From Eledone cirrhosa (taxonomy: Eukaryota): a stretch of DNA of 64,000 nucleotides. Shown here piece by piece: positions 24,998-39,804 of this stretch (position 1 is its first letter; each line of letters opens with the position of its first letter). The notes under the pieces were generated by a model. That model made no database searches. It saw only the letters and a program-made list of their open reading frames with translations, and was not told the DNA's origin. Location: NCBI GenBank assembly GCA_964016885.1, contig OZ024756.1, positions 11,842,001 through 11,906,000 of the forward strand. The letters are read 5' to 3'. The position numbers and the translations under genes are program-made.

Positions 24998-25172
24998 CCA
25001 GCACTCACTGTAAATGAGGTTGGTGTTAGGAAGCGCATCCAGCTGTAGAAATCAAGCCAAATCAGCTCCTGTATGGGCAAGGCATGGTCAGCCGACCAGA
25101 CACTGCCCACAACAGGACAACCCGTCTAACCCATGCTAGCGTGGAAGAACGGACATAAACGATGATGATGAT
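24998..25172 (+). mobile_element. RTE-B 3' UTR tail directly downstream of the 5S copy
   Basis: Matches the reverse complement of ~1025-1200 and ends GGACATAAAC(GAT)4. Confidence 0.88.
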
Positions 25173-25280
25173 AAGTAGAAGTTGTATTTAATTTGTTGGA
25201 AGTCCGACAAACATAAATGTTTATAACTGATTTAGAGCACTCAACAAGTTACTGGAGTAAATATTCAATGAAATATGTAT

Positions 25281-25466
25281 AATAATTGTTTCTACTTTAG
25301 GCACAAGGCCAGCAATTACCAGTGCATTACTGGTACTTTATTTTATCGACCCCGTAAGGATGAAAGGCAAAGTCAACCTTGGCGGGATTTGAACTCAGAT
25401 CGTAAAGGGACGTAACTATGCTGGAAAGCATGGCGTCCGACCCTCTACCGATACTGCCAATCCACC
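25281..25466 (-). mobile_element. SINE B copy
   Basis: Full-length match; short ATAATAAT TSD-like flanks. Confidence 0.85.
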
Positions 25467-25638
25467 ATAATAATGCCCTTGAAATATATATAATAAAATA
25501 AATATGGTTTTATAAATATAGTTTCCATTCATTTAATATCATTGTATATATATATATGCAAGTGCGTGTGTATCCCGGGTTCAATTGGGGGTAACCACAG
25601 TAAGTAAGGTACTCAATACATAGCAGAGTATAAATGTC

Positions 25639-25762
25639 TAATATAGAAATGGCTTCTACAGGACTAGAACTGTTTCATTTGAAGGAAATCATCAGGAAAG
25701 CTTTGCTGCTGATTTCCTTTGAATGAAACAGTTCTAGTCCTGTAGAAGCGATTTCTATATTA
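25639..25762. repeat. Palindrome of two hammerhead-like units; paralogue at 54311-54425
   Basis: ATATAGAAA..GCTTCTACAGGACTAGAACTGTTTC...GAAACAGTTCTAGTCCTGTAGAAGC..TTTCTATAT. Both loci share the same upstream ~70 bp. Confidence 0.85.
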
Positions 25763-25927
25763 AATATATATATTTATTTATACACATATATAAACAATTT
25801 TGAGTGAGTTGGTAATATAACTGTATATGAATTTACAGTCCACAACCAGAAAGGTAATGAACAGTTCAAAGTTTAATACAATTGGTAAAATTCCAATCAC
25901 AGCCATGTTACAATTTCACAGAGCATA

Positions 25928-25986
<59 letters not shown>

Positions 25987-26270
25987 ACAGTATATTGAAA
26001 GTTTAGTCAAGGAGTATTATCAAAACATTTAATGGATTTGCAAACATTTCACTAGACTAACAGGAATAAAGAGTTCATTCCAGTAAGAATAACTCATCAG
26101 AATGAATTAAATATAAATAATTTACCATATATGTTTGAATGTATATCAGTGGGAATCTGAAGCTATAGCAGAAGACACCTGAAGCTAAGGTACCACATAG
26201 TGGGACCTGAGCCTAGAACCAACTGGTTGTCAATCAAGCACCTTTACTACTTACACATTCATGTATATTT

Positions 26271-26394
<124 letters not shown>

Positions 26395-26583
26395 GATAAA
26401 TCTACCAAGAGTTTACGGTAGTGTCCAATCCGTATGAAGAACTCAATGTATTCCGGATATCATGGAAAGAAGAGATGTAATGAAAATCCAATTTCGGTGA
26501 AAGATAAACGGTATACAGAGTGAAGATAAAATATTAAATAAATAATGAACAAACAATTCCTTATATTAAACAAAAAAAGTTCA

Positions 26584-26730
26584 CTATTTAACGATCGTTT
26601 CTAGGGCATATATGTGCTATAATTGGTATGCATATTTAACAGATCTATGTACAAAATTATACAAAATTATACAAATTATCAAGATTAAATATACATACCT
26701 AACTCATATATACGCCGTCTTCAGAAATAA
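26584..26730 (-). ncRNA. Hammerhead-like motif with long stem II loop
   Basis: TTATTT CTGAAGA CGG-C-GTATATATG...CATATATGC-C-CTA GAA AC-GATC-GT T AAATAG; palindromic stem III region AACGATCGTT. Confidence 0.58.
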
Positions 26731-27498
26731 TGAAGTATATTTATTGATAATAACAACAATTCAAAATATCAGTTCAAAATTGACCAATGAAAACACAAAG
26801 GGTTAAAAAGCAGTTTGGTGTGTGTATATACATGTAAAACCCCACACGCATTTTACAATAATGTGTGTATAATATGTATGTGCATACTAAAAAGATGGAT
26901 GCAAATAAAAAATTTCAAGGTTAATATCTCTGTAAGCTTAATGCGCTGATAATATACGCAATGATACTTATGTAGTCAAGCATATAAATATATTTTTTTC
27001 ATACTCACACATATCAGTATAATCACACATACATGTGCGTATATATATAAATATACACATAACCACGAACACACAAACACACACACACCCCCCACTCACA
27101 TTTATATATGTGGATATAAAATCATAAGCAAATAGAAATTAAGTCACTCACATAAACACACTGGTACACACATTTCAAGATCAAGATACAGAAATTAGGT
27201 GGGAGGGGGGGGGGGGAGGGGTCAGTGTTAGGTTGTGAGACCAGACAGCCTAATATAAATGTATCTATAAATTATGAAAAATAAAAAAATAAAAACAATA
27301 AAATATATTACATATAATATAATGTACATACGCATACAGATATACATACACATACATACATGTACGCGCACATAGAGATATCTACACATACATACATACA
27401 CACATACCTATACTGTCATACACACACATACATTTACACGAACATACACATACACATATAAAAAGATAAAAATACGGACACACACACGCGCAACACAT

Positions 27499-27547
<49 letters not shown>

Positions 27548-27658
27548 TATACACACACACACATAGACTCATATATATATACATACACATACATATACTT
27601 ATACATAAACATATATATCCCACACTCATACCACCATGAAAACACATACGAACATCCA

Positions 27659-27707
<49 letters not shown>

Positions 27708-27803
27708 ATACACACACGTACACATATATGCATATATACACACATATATACACACATACACATATATACATATATATACACACACACGTAAAATACAGAC
27801 ATG

Positions 27804-27844
<41 letters not shown>

Positions 27845-27936
27845 TTCATTACCCTTATATATACACATAGTATATATACATACACAACCTCACTTATACA
27901 CATATACACATAAGTTATATTACAATAATAATAAAG

Positions 27937-27975
<39 letters not shown>

Positions 27976-28114
27976 TATACACACATATACAAATATACAT
28001 ACATACACATACATATACATACATACATACACATACATACATACACCTAAATATAAACATATATAAATACACACATACGAATAAAGACATATATTCACAC
28101 ATAGACACCTATAT

Positions 28115-28160
<46 letters not shown>

Positions 28161-28247
28161 ATATACACACACATACACATACATACACATATATATATAT
28201 ATACAGATATATACACACGCACACACATACAGACACACATACACACC

Positions 28248-28286
<39 letters not shown>

Positions 28287-28428
28287 ATGTGAGTGTGCGC
28301 AAATACATACATATATATATACACACACACATACAAACACACACAAACACATACATATGCATACATGCACACACACACACATATATCACATAGATACAAA
28401 GATATATATATATATATATATATATATA

Positions 28429-28780
28429 TGGAGGCACATGGCTTAGTGGTTAGAGCATTGGCCTTGCAATCAAAAGGTTGTGAGTTCAATTCTCAGACTG
28501 GGTGATGTGTTGTTTCCTTGAGCAAGACACTTTATTTCACATTGCTCCAGTTTACTCAGCTGTAGGAATGAGATGATAGGGACTGGGGTCCCTATCATTC
28601 CACTGCAAAGTGGACGTGGAGGCGCCACGAAAAAAGAAGCACCCAGCACTCACTGTAAATGAGGTTGGTGTTAGGAAGGGCATCCAGCTGTAGAAATCAA
28701 GCCAGCATCAGTTCCCGTCCCACCCTTGCAAGCAGGGAAAAGCGGACATAAAATGGAATGATGATGATGAATGATGATGA
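28429..28780 (+). mobile_element. SINE A copy
   Basis: Full-length match. Confidence 0.88.
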
Positions 28781-30081
28781 TACACACACACACATTCATA
28801 CACACAAATATATATACATAGACACATACATGTACGTATATACATACACACAATGTATATGTACAAACAAACATACATAAACATTACACTCTCACACAGA
28901 CACGTACATAGACATCAATGGAAGCTGATGTTCGCTGCTTTCTCTTCATCCTTATATTGACTTTTTTCTTCAAGTTTTGCACTTGCTTCACATCTCAAGT
29001 GTGCAGTGTTTTTCTGCTAATATAAACACATGTGCACACATGTGTTTATATGTGAGTGCATGCAAGTGTGCACCGGCACAGGTACAACGAATAAAGAAAG
29101 TCTATGTGAAATTCAGGTCAAGGAAATGGATGTTATTGATTTTAACTGCATTCCTCCCTCCCACCACCACCCCATCTCCTAGTGGAAACCATTGTGGTGG
29201 TAGTGGTGGGAGTAGTAGTAGTACTAATACTAGTTGTAGTAGTGGTGGTGTGGTGGTGGTGGTAGAAATACTAATGCTAGTAATGGTATTATTATTTGTA
29301 GGGGTGGTGGTGGTAGTAGTAGTATTACTAGTAGTAGTAGTGGTAGTAGTAGCAATACTAATGCTAGTAATGGTATTATTATTATTATTAGTAGTAGTAG
29401 TAGTATTACTAATACTAGTAGTAATAATAGTAATACTAATGCTAGTAATGGTATTATTAGTAGTAGTAGTAATAGTGGTGGTAGTAGTAGTAGTATTACT
29501 AATACTAGTAGTAGTAATAGTAATACTAATGCTAGTAATGGTATTATTAGTAGTAGTAGTAGTAATAGTGGTGGTAGTAGTAGTAGTATTACTAATACTA
29601 CTAGTAGTAGTAGTAGCAATACTAATGCTAGTAATCGTATTATTATTAGTAGTAGTAGTAATAGTGGTGGTAGTAGTAGTAGTAGTAGTAGCAATACTAA
29701 TGCTAGTAATCGTATTATTAGTAGTAGTAGTAGTAATAGTGGTGGTAGTAGTAGTAGTAGTAGTATTAATACTAATGCTAGTAATGGTATTAGTAGTAGT
29801 AGTAGTGGTGGTAGCAATACTAATGCTAGTAATGGTATTATTAGTAATAGTAGTGGTGGTAGCAATACTAATGCTAGTAATGGTATTATTAGTAATAGTA
29901 GTGGTGGTAGCAATACTAATGCTAGTAATGGTATTATTAGTAATAGTGGTGGTAGTAGTAGTGTCGGTAACATTGACTCTACTCACCTCCAATGAAGATT
30001 GTACTTGGCTGATGTCTGACATTGGTGTGAAAGTTGTGTAAGGATCGAATAGTTATAATGCCATAAGGATACACTATTAGA

Positions 30082-31243
30082 ATGATACATTGTAATGATG
30101 TTACATTGTAATGTTATCTTGTAATAATGTGACATTGTAATGTTATATTGTAATGATGTTACATTGTAATGTTATATTGTAATGATACATTGTAATGATG
30201 TTACATTGTAATAATGTGACATTGTAATGATGTTACATTGTAATGTTATATTGTAATAATGTGACATTGTAATGTTATATTGTAATGATGTTACATTGTA
30301 ATGTTATATTGTAATGATACATTGTAATGATGTTACATTGTAATAATGTGACATTGTAATGATGTTACATTGTAATGTTATATTGTAATGATACATTGTA
30401 ATGTTGTTACATTGTAATGATGTTACATTGTAATGTTATCTTGTAATAATGTGACATTGTAATGTTATATTGTAATGATGTTACATTGTAATAATGTGAC
30501 ATTGTAATGATGTTACATTGTAATGATGTGACATTGTAATGATGTTACATTGCAATGATGTTACATTGTAATGTTACATTGTAATGATGTTACATTGTAA
30601 TAATGTGACATTGTAATGATGTTACATTGCAATGATGTTACATTGCAATGTTACATTGTAATGATGTTACATTGTAATGTTATATTGTAATGATGTTACA
30701 TTGTAATAATGTGACATTGTAATGATGTTACATTATAATGTTATATTGTAATGATACATTGTAATGATGTTACATTGTAATGTTACATTGTAATGATGTT
30801 ACATTGTAATGATGTTACATTGTAATAATGTGACATTGTAATGATGTTACATTGTAATGATGTTACATTGTAATGATGTTACATTGTAATAATGTGACAT
30901 TGTAATGATGTTACATTGTAATGATGTTACATTGTAATGATGTTACATTGCAATGATGTTACATTGTAATGATGTTACATTGTAATGTTACATTGTAATG
31001 ATGTTACATTGTAATGTTATATTGTAATGATACATTGTAATGTTATATTGCAATGATGTTACATTGCAATGATGTTACATTGCAATGATGTTACATTGCA
31101 ATGATGTTACATTGCAATGATGTTACATTGTAATGATGTTACATTGTAATGATGTTACATTGTAATGATACATTGTAATGATGTTACATTGTAATGATGT
31201 TACATTGTAATGATGTTACATTGTAATGTTACATTGTAATGAT
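30082..31243. repeat. 13-16-bp quasi-palindromic satellite
   Basis: ACATTGTAATGATGTT and variants. Confidence 0.95.
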
Positions 31244-31269
31244 TTAAGATTGTAAAACTTTAAGAGTGT

Positions 31270-31412
31270 GACACAACACACAACTGTGTCAAAACACATC
31301 AATCACATCACAACACACAACTGTGTCATAACACATCAATCACATCACAACACACAACTGTGTCATAACACATCAATCACATCTCAACACACAACTGTGT
31401 CATAACACATTA
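31270..31412. repeat. 37-bp tandem repeat, ~4 copies
   Basis: CACAACACACAACTGTGTCATAACACATCAATCACAT. Confidence 0.85.
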
Positions 31413-32656
31413 CAACATTATCACAACACACAATAGCGCCACAACACACAACACCACAATTTAGAAACATTTGTTTTTAGACAATATCTATGCAAAAAGT
31501 TGTTTTTGGTTGAAGAATAATTTATAGTCCAGTAATGGTATTCTTCTAATTCTATGAAGTGTTTTCTAACAATAAATTACTTTATGCCTTACAGCACAGT
31601 AGCTAGATTGCTGGATATAAAATTAAATTTATATGTTTAAAGCATATATTTAGTCTTCACATGCTCAATTTGGCATTTTGAATTGTTTATTATTTTAAAA
31701 CTTTTCTCAGATCTGTGCTAGCAAACTATACATTATATTTTGTTATTAGCTGGTGCATGCTATATACTCTAAGTTAGCTGTAGACTTCATGTTGTCCTGA
31801 AGAGAAACTAAAAACAAAATATCTAATCTTGAAACCAGCCACTGAGCTGTCAGTCATTTGATTTAACCCTAAAATATTATTCTACAGCAAGTACCCTATA
31901 TATCTAGTTTAAATTAGGTAAATTGTGTCCGATTAATCCGACAATATGTTTATTCCTTTCTGCCATAAGCAGATTTTTAACACATTTCAAATAAACGCCC
32001 TCTGGATAAACACTTCCTCCAGTGATTCAATTTTATTAGAATTTCTATGAAATTTTAACAATAAATAAAGAATAAATGTTGTTTATAAAATACCAACAAA
32101 TTAATTTTTATTCACTTGAATATAATAAAGTTTTTAAAATACTGTGTGAAACTTTTGCATTGGCAGATTTGTTAGAATTTTGGTTAGAATGCTTTGCAGT
32201 GTTTATGGCAGCCTGTACTCTAAGTTCTAGTCCTGCCAAAGTCAACTTTGCCTTTCAATCTTCTGAGTTTGATATAGTACCAGTTATGTAATGGTATTGA
32301 TTGTCTCTTTTTCGGTGAAGTTAACTTTCCCATTTCTCTCCTCCCTTCCAAGCATTGAAATCATATCTTAGGACAGAGGACAACTATTGCCCTAACCTTA
32401 ATCCTAATCCATCACTCAGGGAGGCTTGGAGAACGACTACTGTGTTGTAATGAAATCTTAGGTCAAATGACAAGTATCACATTTACCTTATAACCCAGGG
32501 AGGTCCCAAGAAAGGCCCCTAAGTTTCAATCATTGTAATGAAGTCCTAGGTCAGACGACAAGGGAGGTCGCAACAACGACCCCTTCGGTTGGATGATAAC
32601 CATCACATTTCATTGAAAGACTCATGGCTATTTGCTGTTCTTTTCTTAAGTTTTAT

Positions 32657-32687
<31 letters not shown>

Positions 32688-32689
<2 letters not shown>

Positions 32690-32880
32690 CATCATCATCA
32701 TTATCATCATTTTACGTCCGCTTTTCCCTGCTTGCAAGGGTAGGACGGGAACTGATTCTGGCTTGATTTCTACAGCTGGATGCCCTTCCTAACACCAACC
32801 TCATTTACAGTGAGTGCTGGGTGCTTTTTTTCCATGGCGCCTACATGTCCACTTTACAGTGGAATGATAGGGACCCCAGT
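32688..32880 (-). mobile_element. SINE A, 5'-truncated
   Basis: 3' half only. Confidence 0.8.
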
Positions 32881-33143
32881 GTTGTTGTTGGTGTTGTTGT
32901 ATCTACATCTTACTGCATAACTGAATCACTAGGATTCATTCCTCAGTCCTTAACACACATATACACACACACACACACTCACATATATATATATGTGTAT
33001 GTATATGTGTGTGTGTGTGTATGTATATATATATATATGTGTGTATGTATATATATATGTATGTCTGTATACATATGTGTGTCTGTGTGTGGACATGTCT
33101 GTGTGTGTGTGGACATGTCTCTGTGTGTGTGTGTTTGTGGACA

Positions 33144-33184
<41 letters not shown>

Positions 33185-33889
33185 ACATGTCTGTGTATAT
33201 ATATATATATATATATATGTCTGTATGTATGTCTGTATACATATATATGTATGCATGTATGCTTCACCAAAGTCTGTGCCTATGTTACCAATGCCACTTC
33301 CTCCTCTTCCCAACACCCCAACCTACCACCCAACAATGGAGTAGTTGTATAAAACAATCTCTGTTGCAATATCTCATCTCTTTACAATTTATTCCTGTGG
33401 AAGGAAGTCAGCAGAATTCTATTACTAAACTTCTGTAAATTCTGGTCTGGTGTAGTGGTGTGGTGTGGTGTAGTGGTCTTGTGGTGTGGTGTAATGGTCT
33501 GGTGGTGTGGTATAGTGCTCTTGTGGTGTGGTGTAATGGTCCGGTGGTGTGGTATAGTGGTCTTGTGGTGTGGTGTTGTGGTCTTGTGGTGTGGTATAGT
33601 GGTGTGTGTAGTGGTTTGGTGTGGTGTGTGTAGTGGTTTGGTGTTGTGGTGTGTGTAGTGGTCTGGTGGTGTGTGTAGTGGTCTAGTGTGCTCTCCTGAT
33701 GGTGTTGATAGTACTGCTTTTGTTTATATATGAAACCAAGTATCTCTATATTTCAGGTTTATGATATACACTGATCTTCATTAGCTTATGTGTGTATAAA
33801 CTTCACTAGAGTTGAATTACAACTAAATTGTATTGTTTATATTTATGCTATATGTATATTTAACTCTTAATGTCCTGTACTGCATGAAA

Positions 33890-34267
33890 CCACATTAACA
33901 AGACATTCTTTGAAAGTCTATGATTGAATCACATTAAGACATTCTTTAATAATACAAAACAGTTCTATGACTGAATCACATTAAGACATTCTTTAAAAGT
34001 ACAAAACAGTTCTATGACTGAATCACATTAAGACATTCTTTAAAAGTACAAAACAGTTCTATGACTGAATCATATTAAGACATTCTTTAAAAGTACAAAA
34101 CAGTTCTATGACTGAATCACATTAAGACATTCTTTAAAAGTACAAAACAGTTCTATGACTGAATCACATTAAGACATTCTTTAAAAGTACAAAACAGTTC
34201 TATGACTGAATCACATTAAGACATTCTTTAAAAGTACAAAACAGTTCTATGACTGAATCACATTAAC
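33890..34267. repeat. 47-bp minisatellite, ~7-8 copies
   Basis: AATCACATTAAGACATTCTTTAAAAGTACAAAACAGTTCTATGACTG. Confidence 0.93.
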
Positions 34268-34364
34268 AATTAAAACTTTTTCTCTGAATTCCATTGTCTA
34301 CATTTGCACTATATGTATTTTGAACTCTTAATGTCTCCTGTACTGCCTGAAATCACATTGGCCA

Positions 34365-34399
<35 letters not shown>

Positions 34400-34721
34400 G
34401 CTATCTCTCTCTCACGGTCTCTCTCTCTCTCTCGCTGTCTCTCTCTTCCTCTCTCTCTTGCTCTCTCTTCCTCTCTCTGTCTCTCTCTCTCTCTCTCTCC
34501 ATTTTTTATAGTTTTCTTCAGATTTTTTTTGTCTTCCCGACAATTTTCTCCTCTTCCTCCTCCATCCAGTATCAATAAAATAAAGTACCAGTTACGTACT
34601 AGAGCCAATATAGTGGACCTTTTCTCCTTCTTCCCCTAAAATAATTGGCCTTGTACCAATACAAGTATATTATGTTCATTCTTAAACCAACAATTGTTTG
34701 AGATAAGCCAGTAAGCAAGCA

Positions 34722-37700
34722 GGTGTAAACCTGGTCTGAACACAGAGGAGCCCACTGCCATCACCTCTGTGTCTCTCACCCTCCCCATCACACATGTAAA
34801 CCTGGTCCAAACACAGAGGAGCCCACTGCCATCGCCTCCATCTCTCTCACCCTCCCCATCACACATGTAAACCTGGTTCAAACACAGAGGAGCCCACTGC
34901 CATCACCTCTGTGTCTCTCACCCTCCCCATCACACATGTAAACCTGGTCCAAACACAGAGGAGCGCACTGCCATCACCTCCATCTCTCTCACCCTCCCCA
35001 TCACACATGTAAACCTGGTCCAAACACAGAGGAGCGCACTGCCATCACCTCCATCTCTCTCACCCTCCCCATCACACATGTAAACCTGGTTCAAACACAG
35101 AGGAGCCCACTACCATCGCCTCCATCTCTCTCACCCTCCCCATCACACATGTAAACCTGGTCCAAACACAGAGGAGCCCACTACCATCGCCTCCATCTCT
35201 CTCACCCCCCCCCCCCCCCCATCACACATGTAAACCTGGTCCTAACACAGAGGAGCCCACTGCCATCACCTCTGTGTCTCTCACCCTCCCCATCACACAT
35301 GTAAACCTGGTTCAAACACAGAGGAGCCCACTGCCATCGCCTCCATCTCTCTCACCCTCCCCATCACATATGTAAACCTGGTCCAAACACAGAGGAGCCC
35401 ACTGCCATCACCTCTGTGTCTCTCACCCTCCCCATCACACATGTAAACCTGGTCCAAACACAGAGGAGCCCACAGTCGTCGCCTCTGTCTCTTTCACCCT
35501 CCCCATCACACATGTAAACCTGGTCCAAACACAGAGGAGCCCACTACCATCGCCTCCATCTCTCTCACCCTCCCCATCACACATGTAAACCTGGTCCAAA
35601 CACAGAGGAGCCCACTACCATCGCCTCCATCTCTCTCACCACCCCCCCCCCCATCACACATGTAAACCTGGTCCTAACACAGAGGAGCCCACTGCCATCA
35701 CCTCTGTGTCTCTCACCCTCCCCATCACACATGTAAACCTGGTCCAAACACAGAGGAGCCCACTGCCATCACCTCTGTCTCTCTCACCCTCCCCATCACA
35801 CATGTAAACCTGGTTCAAACACAGAGGAGCCCACTGCCATCACCTCTGTCTCTCTCACCCTCCCCATCACACATGTAAACCTGGTCCAAACACAGAGGAG
35901 CCCACTGCCATCGCCTCCATCTCTCTCACCCTCCCCATCACACATGTAAACCTGGTCCAAACACAGAGGAGCCCACTGCCATCACCTCTGTGTCTCTCAC
36001 CCTCCCCATCACACATGTAAACCTGGTCCAAACACAGAGGAGCCCACTGCCATCACCTCTGTCTCTCTCACCCTCCCCATCACACATGTAAACCTGGTCC
36101 AAACACAGAGGAGCCCACTGCCATCACCTCTGTCTCTCTCACCCTCCCCATCACACATGTAAACCTGGTTCAAACACAGAGGAGCCCACTGCCATCACCT
36201 CTGTGTCTCTCACCCTCCCCATCACACATGTAAACCTGGTCCAAACACAGAGGAGCCCACTGCCATCACTTCTGTCTCTCTCACCCTCCCCATCACACAT
36301 GTAAACCTGGTTCAAACACAGAGGAGCCCACTGCCATCACCTCTGTCTCTCTCACCCTCCCCATCACACATGTAAATCTGGTCCAAACACAGAGGAGCCC
36401 ACTGCCATCACCTCTGTGTCTCTCACCCTCCCCATCACACATGTAAACCTGGTCCAAACACAGAGGAGCCCACTGCCATCACCTCTGTCTCTCTCACCCT
36501 CCCCATCACACATGTAAACCTGGTTCAAACACAGAGGAGCCCACTGCCATCACCTCTGTCTCTCTCACCCTCCCCATCACACATGTAAACCTGGTCCAAA
36601 CACAGAGGAGCCCACTGCCATCACCTCTGTCTCTCTCACCCTCCCCATCACACATGTAAACCTGGTTCAAACACAGAGGAGCCCACTGCCATCACCTCTG
36701 TCTCTCTCACCCTCCCCATCACACATGTAAATCTGGTCCAAACACAGAGGAGCCCACTGCCATCACCTCTGTGTCTCTCACCCTCCCCATCACACATGTA
36801 AACCTGGTCCAAACACAGAGGAGCCCACTGCCATCACCTCCATCTCTCTCACCCTCCCCATCACACATGTAAACCTGGTCCAAACACAGAGGAGCCCACT
36901 GCCATCACCTCTGTCTCTCTCACCCTCCCCATCTCACATGTAAACCTGGTCCAAACACAGAGGAGCCCACTGCCATCACCTCTGTCTCTCTCACCCTCCC
37001 CATCACACATGTAAACCTGGTCCAAACACAGAGGAGCCCACTGCCATCACCTCTGTCTCTCTCACCCTCCCCATCTCACATGTAAACCTGGTCCAAACAC
37101 AGAGGAGCCCACTGCCATCACCTCTGTCTCTCTCACCCTCCCCATCACACATGTAAACCTGGTCCAAACACAGAGGAGCCCACTGCCATCACCTCTGTCT
37201 CGCTCACCCTCCCCATCATACATGTAAACCTGGTCCAAACGCAGAGGAGCCCACTGCCATCACCTCTGTCTCTCTCATCCTCCCCATCACACATGTAAAC
37301 CTGGTCCAAACACAGAGGAGCCCACTGCCATCACCTCTGTCTCTCTCACCCTCCCCATCTCACATGTAAACCTGGTCCAAACACAGAGGAGCCCACTGCC
37401 ATCACCTCTGTCTCTCTCACCCTCCCCATCTCACATGTAAACCTGGTCCAAGCACAGAGGAGCCCACTGCCATCACCTCCATCTCTCTCACCCTCCCCAT
37501 CACACATGTAAACCTGGTCCAAACACAGAGGAGCCCACTGCCATCACCTCTGTGTCTCTCACCCTCCCCATCACACATGTAAACCTGGTCCAAACACAGA
37601 GGAGCCCACTGCCATCACCTCCATCTCTCTCACCCTCCCCATCACACATGTAAACCTGGTCCAAACACAGAGGAGCCCACTACCATCGCCTCCATCTCTC

Positions 37701-37926
37701 TCACCCTCCCCATCACACATGTAAACCTGGTCCAAACACAGAGGAGCGCACTGCCATCACCTCCATCTCTCTCACCCTCCCCATCACACATGTAAACCTG
37801 GTCCAAACACAGAGGAGCCCACTACCATCGCCTCCATCTCTCTCACCCTCCCCATCACACATGTAAACCTGGTCCAAACACAGAGGAGCCCACTGCCATC
37901 GCCTCCATGTCTCTTGCTCTCCCCAT
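34722..37926. repeat. 71-bp minisatellite, ~45 copies
   Basis: Unit CACATGTAAACCTGGTCCAAACACAGAGGAGCCCACTGCCATCACCTCTGTCTCTCTCACCCTCCCCATCA; period measured 34791 to 34862. Confidence 0.97.
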
Positions 37927-39137
37927 CTCTTACTATTATCAGCAAGGAATTGTTGCTGATATATTTTATACCTTCAGTGTATAAAGGAATGCAGAAAGAT
38001 CTTGACAACATACTTTTTTTTTGTGTGGTGGTAGGGTTAAGCAAGTGTGACTTATACCCTGGGAAATGATATTAGATTGGTCTTCCATATATTTTTATAT
38101 CTTTCTTCCTTTCCTTCTTATCATATGATTCTAGTATTTTATCCACAGAATAACTGCTATAATTTAGTTTACATATATTCTGAGGGTCATTAATCTTGTT
38201 AATGGCTCCATGTCACCTGACCTATTTTTATATACTTATTTCAAACATAAACTAATTAATCAATAATCTTCTCTCTTTTCTGTTCCACTCAATAATTCTC
38301 ATATACCATATATGGCTAATTACTTTCAAATATAACAAGTTTTATTTTTTTCACTCTCTTCTAACAGCCCTCTTCTCTTTTCATATACACACATGCTTGC
38401 ACATAAATGATCACACACAATTACATTTATCTATCCATCCATCTACATATACACATACATGTCTCCATCCACACACACACATACACATCTCTCCATACAC
38501 ACACACTTTTGTTCCCTTAGATTCAGTTATTTAATAAAAGTTTCCTACAACCCTTTCAATACTATATTTCAATGAAAATCTACAGCTTAGGATTTTCCAA
38601 TAATTTTGGAAACAATCAATAATTTCAAAGGCTTTAGTAATATAACTGACTTGTTCATTATTAAGTTAGTGTTTGGAACATAACTTAACAAAGGCTCTTA
38701 CATCAAATCATGAAGGAACATTTTGAAATAGATATAAACAATTTAAAACAAATAGTTTTTGTTTTTAATCATAGAACCAGGAATTATTTCAAGTGCTTCA
38801 TATCAAAGAGGTTAGAAGACAATGTTCGATAAAAAATGGTTTCATTGTGAAATATTGGTGTAGTATTTAGCAGTGTTATGTATAGTACACAGCCAGAATT
38901 TGGCATAAAAGTCTAGGGTATAAAAAGAAATGGCCCTGATACTATGAAACAAAACCACTTATTTTGAAAAACATCTTCCAACATACTTTATATATCAGAC
39001 CCATATGTTAAGTTATTATCTTGGTAATGAAATGATTAATAATTTTAGTAAATCCTTCATTAATTAACTGAAATAGAGCGTATCTCATTAGATGGTCGTT
39101 AAAGGGTTATACTCCAAAAGTTAAGTTGCTTTGTTAA

Positions 39138-39344
39138 CCCTTTAGTGTTCAAACCAGCCAAAACCGGCCAGAATTCTCTACCTCTTTCTGTTGAAACTGG
39201 CTGTAACTGGTCGCTCAAACTGATGTTAAGGTATTGTTTTCAAAATAAATACTTTCAAAATCTCATAGATTCGATATTATGCGAAGTAAAGCCTTTACCA
39301 TTAGAATATAATAATATATATAGAGTAATGTGAATGCTAAAGGG
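39138..39344 (+). mobile_element. piggyBac-like MITE (207 bp), TTAA TSD
   Basis: TTAA|CCCTTTAG...CTAAAGGG|TTAA, imperfect ~14-bp TIRs, non-coding. Confidence 0.88.
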
Positions 39345-39804
39345 TTAACTTACAATATTAGTAATGAAATAATTGATAAGTTTAGTAAATTCTTCATTGA
39401 CTCATCCTAAACCACATTAAACTACATTAACAAGACATTCTTGAAAATTAATAAACAGCAATATGACTACATCACATTAAAAGAATGTCCACTAGTAAGG
39501 ATACTATAAACATTTGAATTAATAACTCTACTGTTGATTGAAACAATGTATTTCCCTTAGAAATATGGCCATGAAAGGATTATACACCAAAAATTAAAGT
39601 AGTTTTATCAGTTTTTCTCATATATTGTGAACATTCTCCTCTCCTAAACCACCCCCACACCCCACACTACCCCCAACACCAAACACTACCCTTATGTAGA
39701 CACCCTGGCTTATGCACTATTTCCTTTTGTGACAAACCTCAAAACTGCTCTGTAAAAATACACCTGTTCAATGAGAACATGTGTATTTTTGGTCATATTT
39801 GAAC

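Noticed and set aside
28977-30041. Long Val/Leu-rich and Thr-rich (mucin-like) ORFs
   Set aside because: Products of a (GTA/GTG)n repeat, open in several frames and on both strands.
34722-37926. CRISPR-like array
   Set aside because: Contiguous tandem units without unique spacers, no cas genes, eukaryotic context; the same applies to 15975-16672 and 60282-64000.
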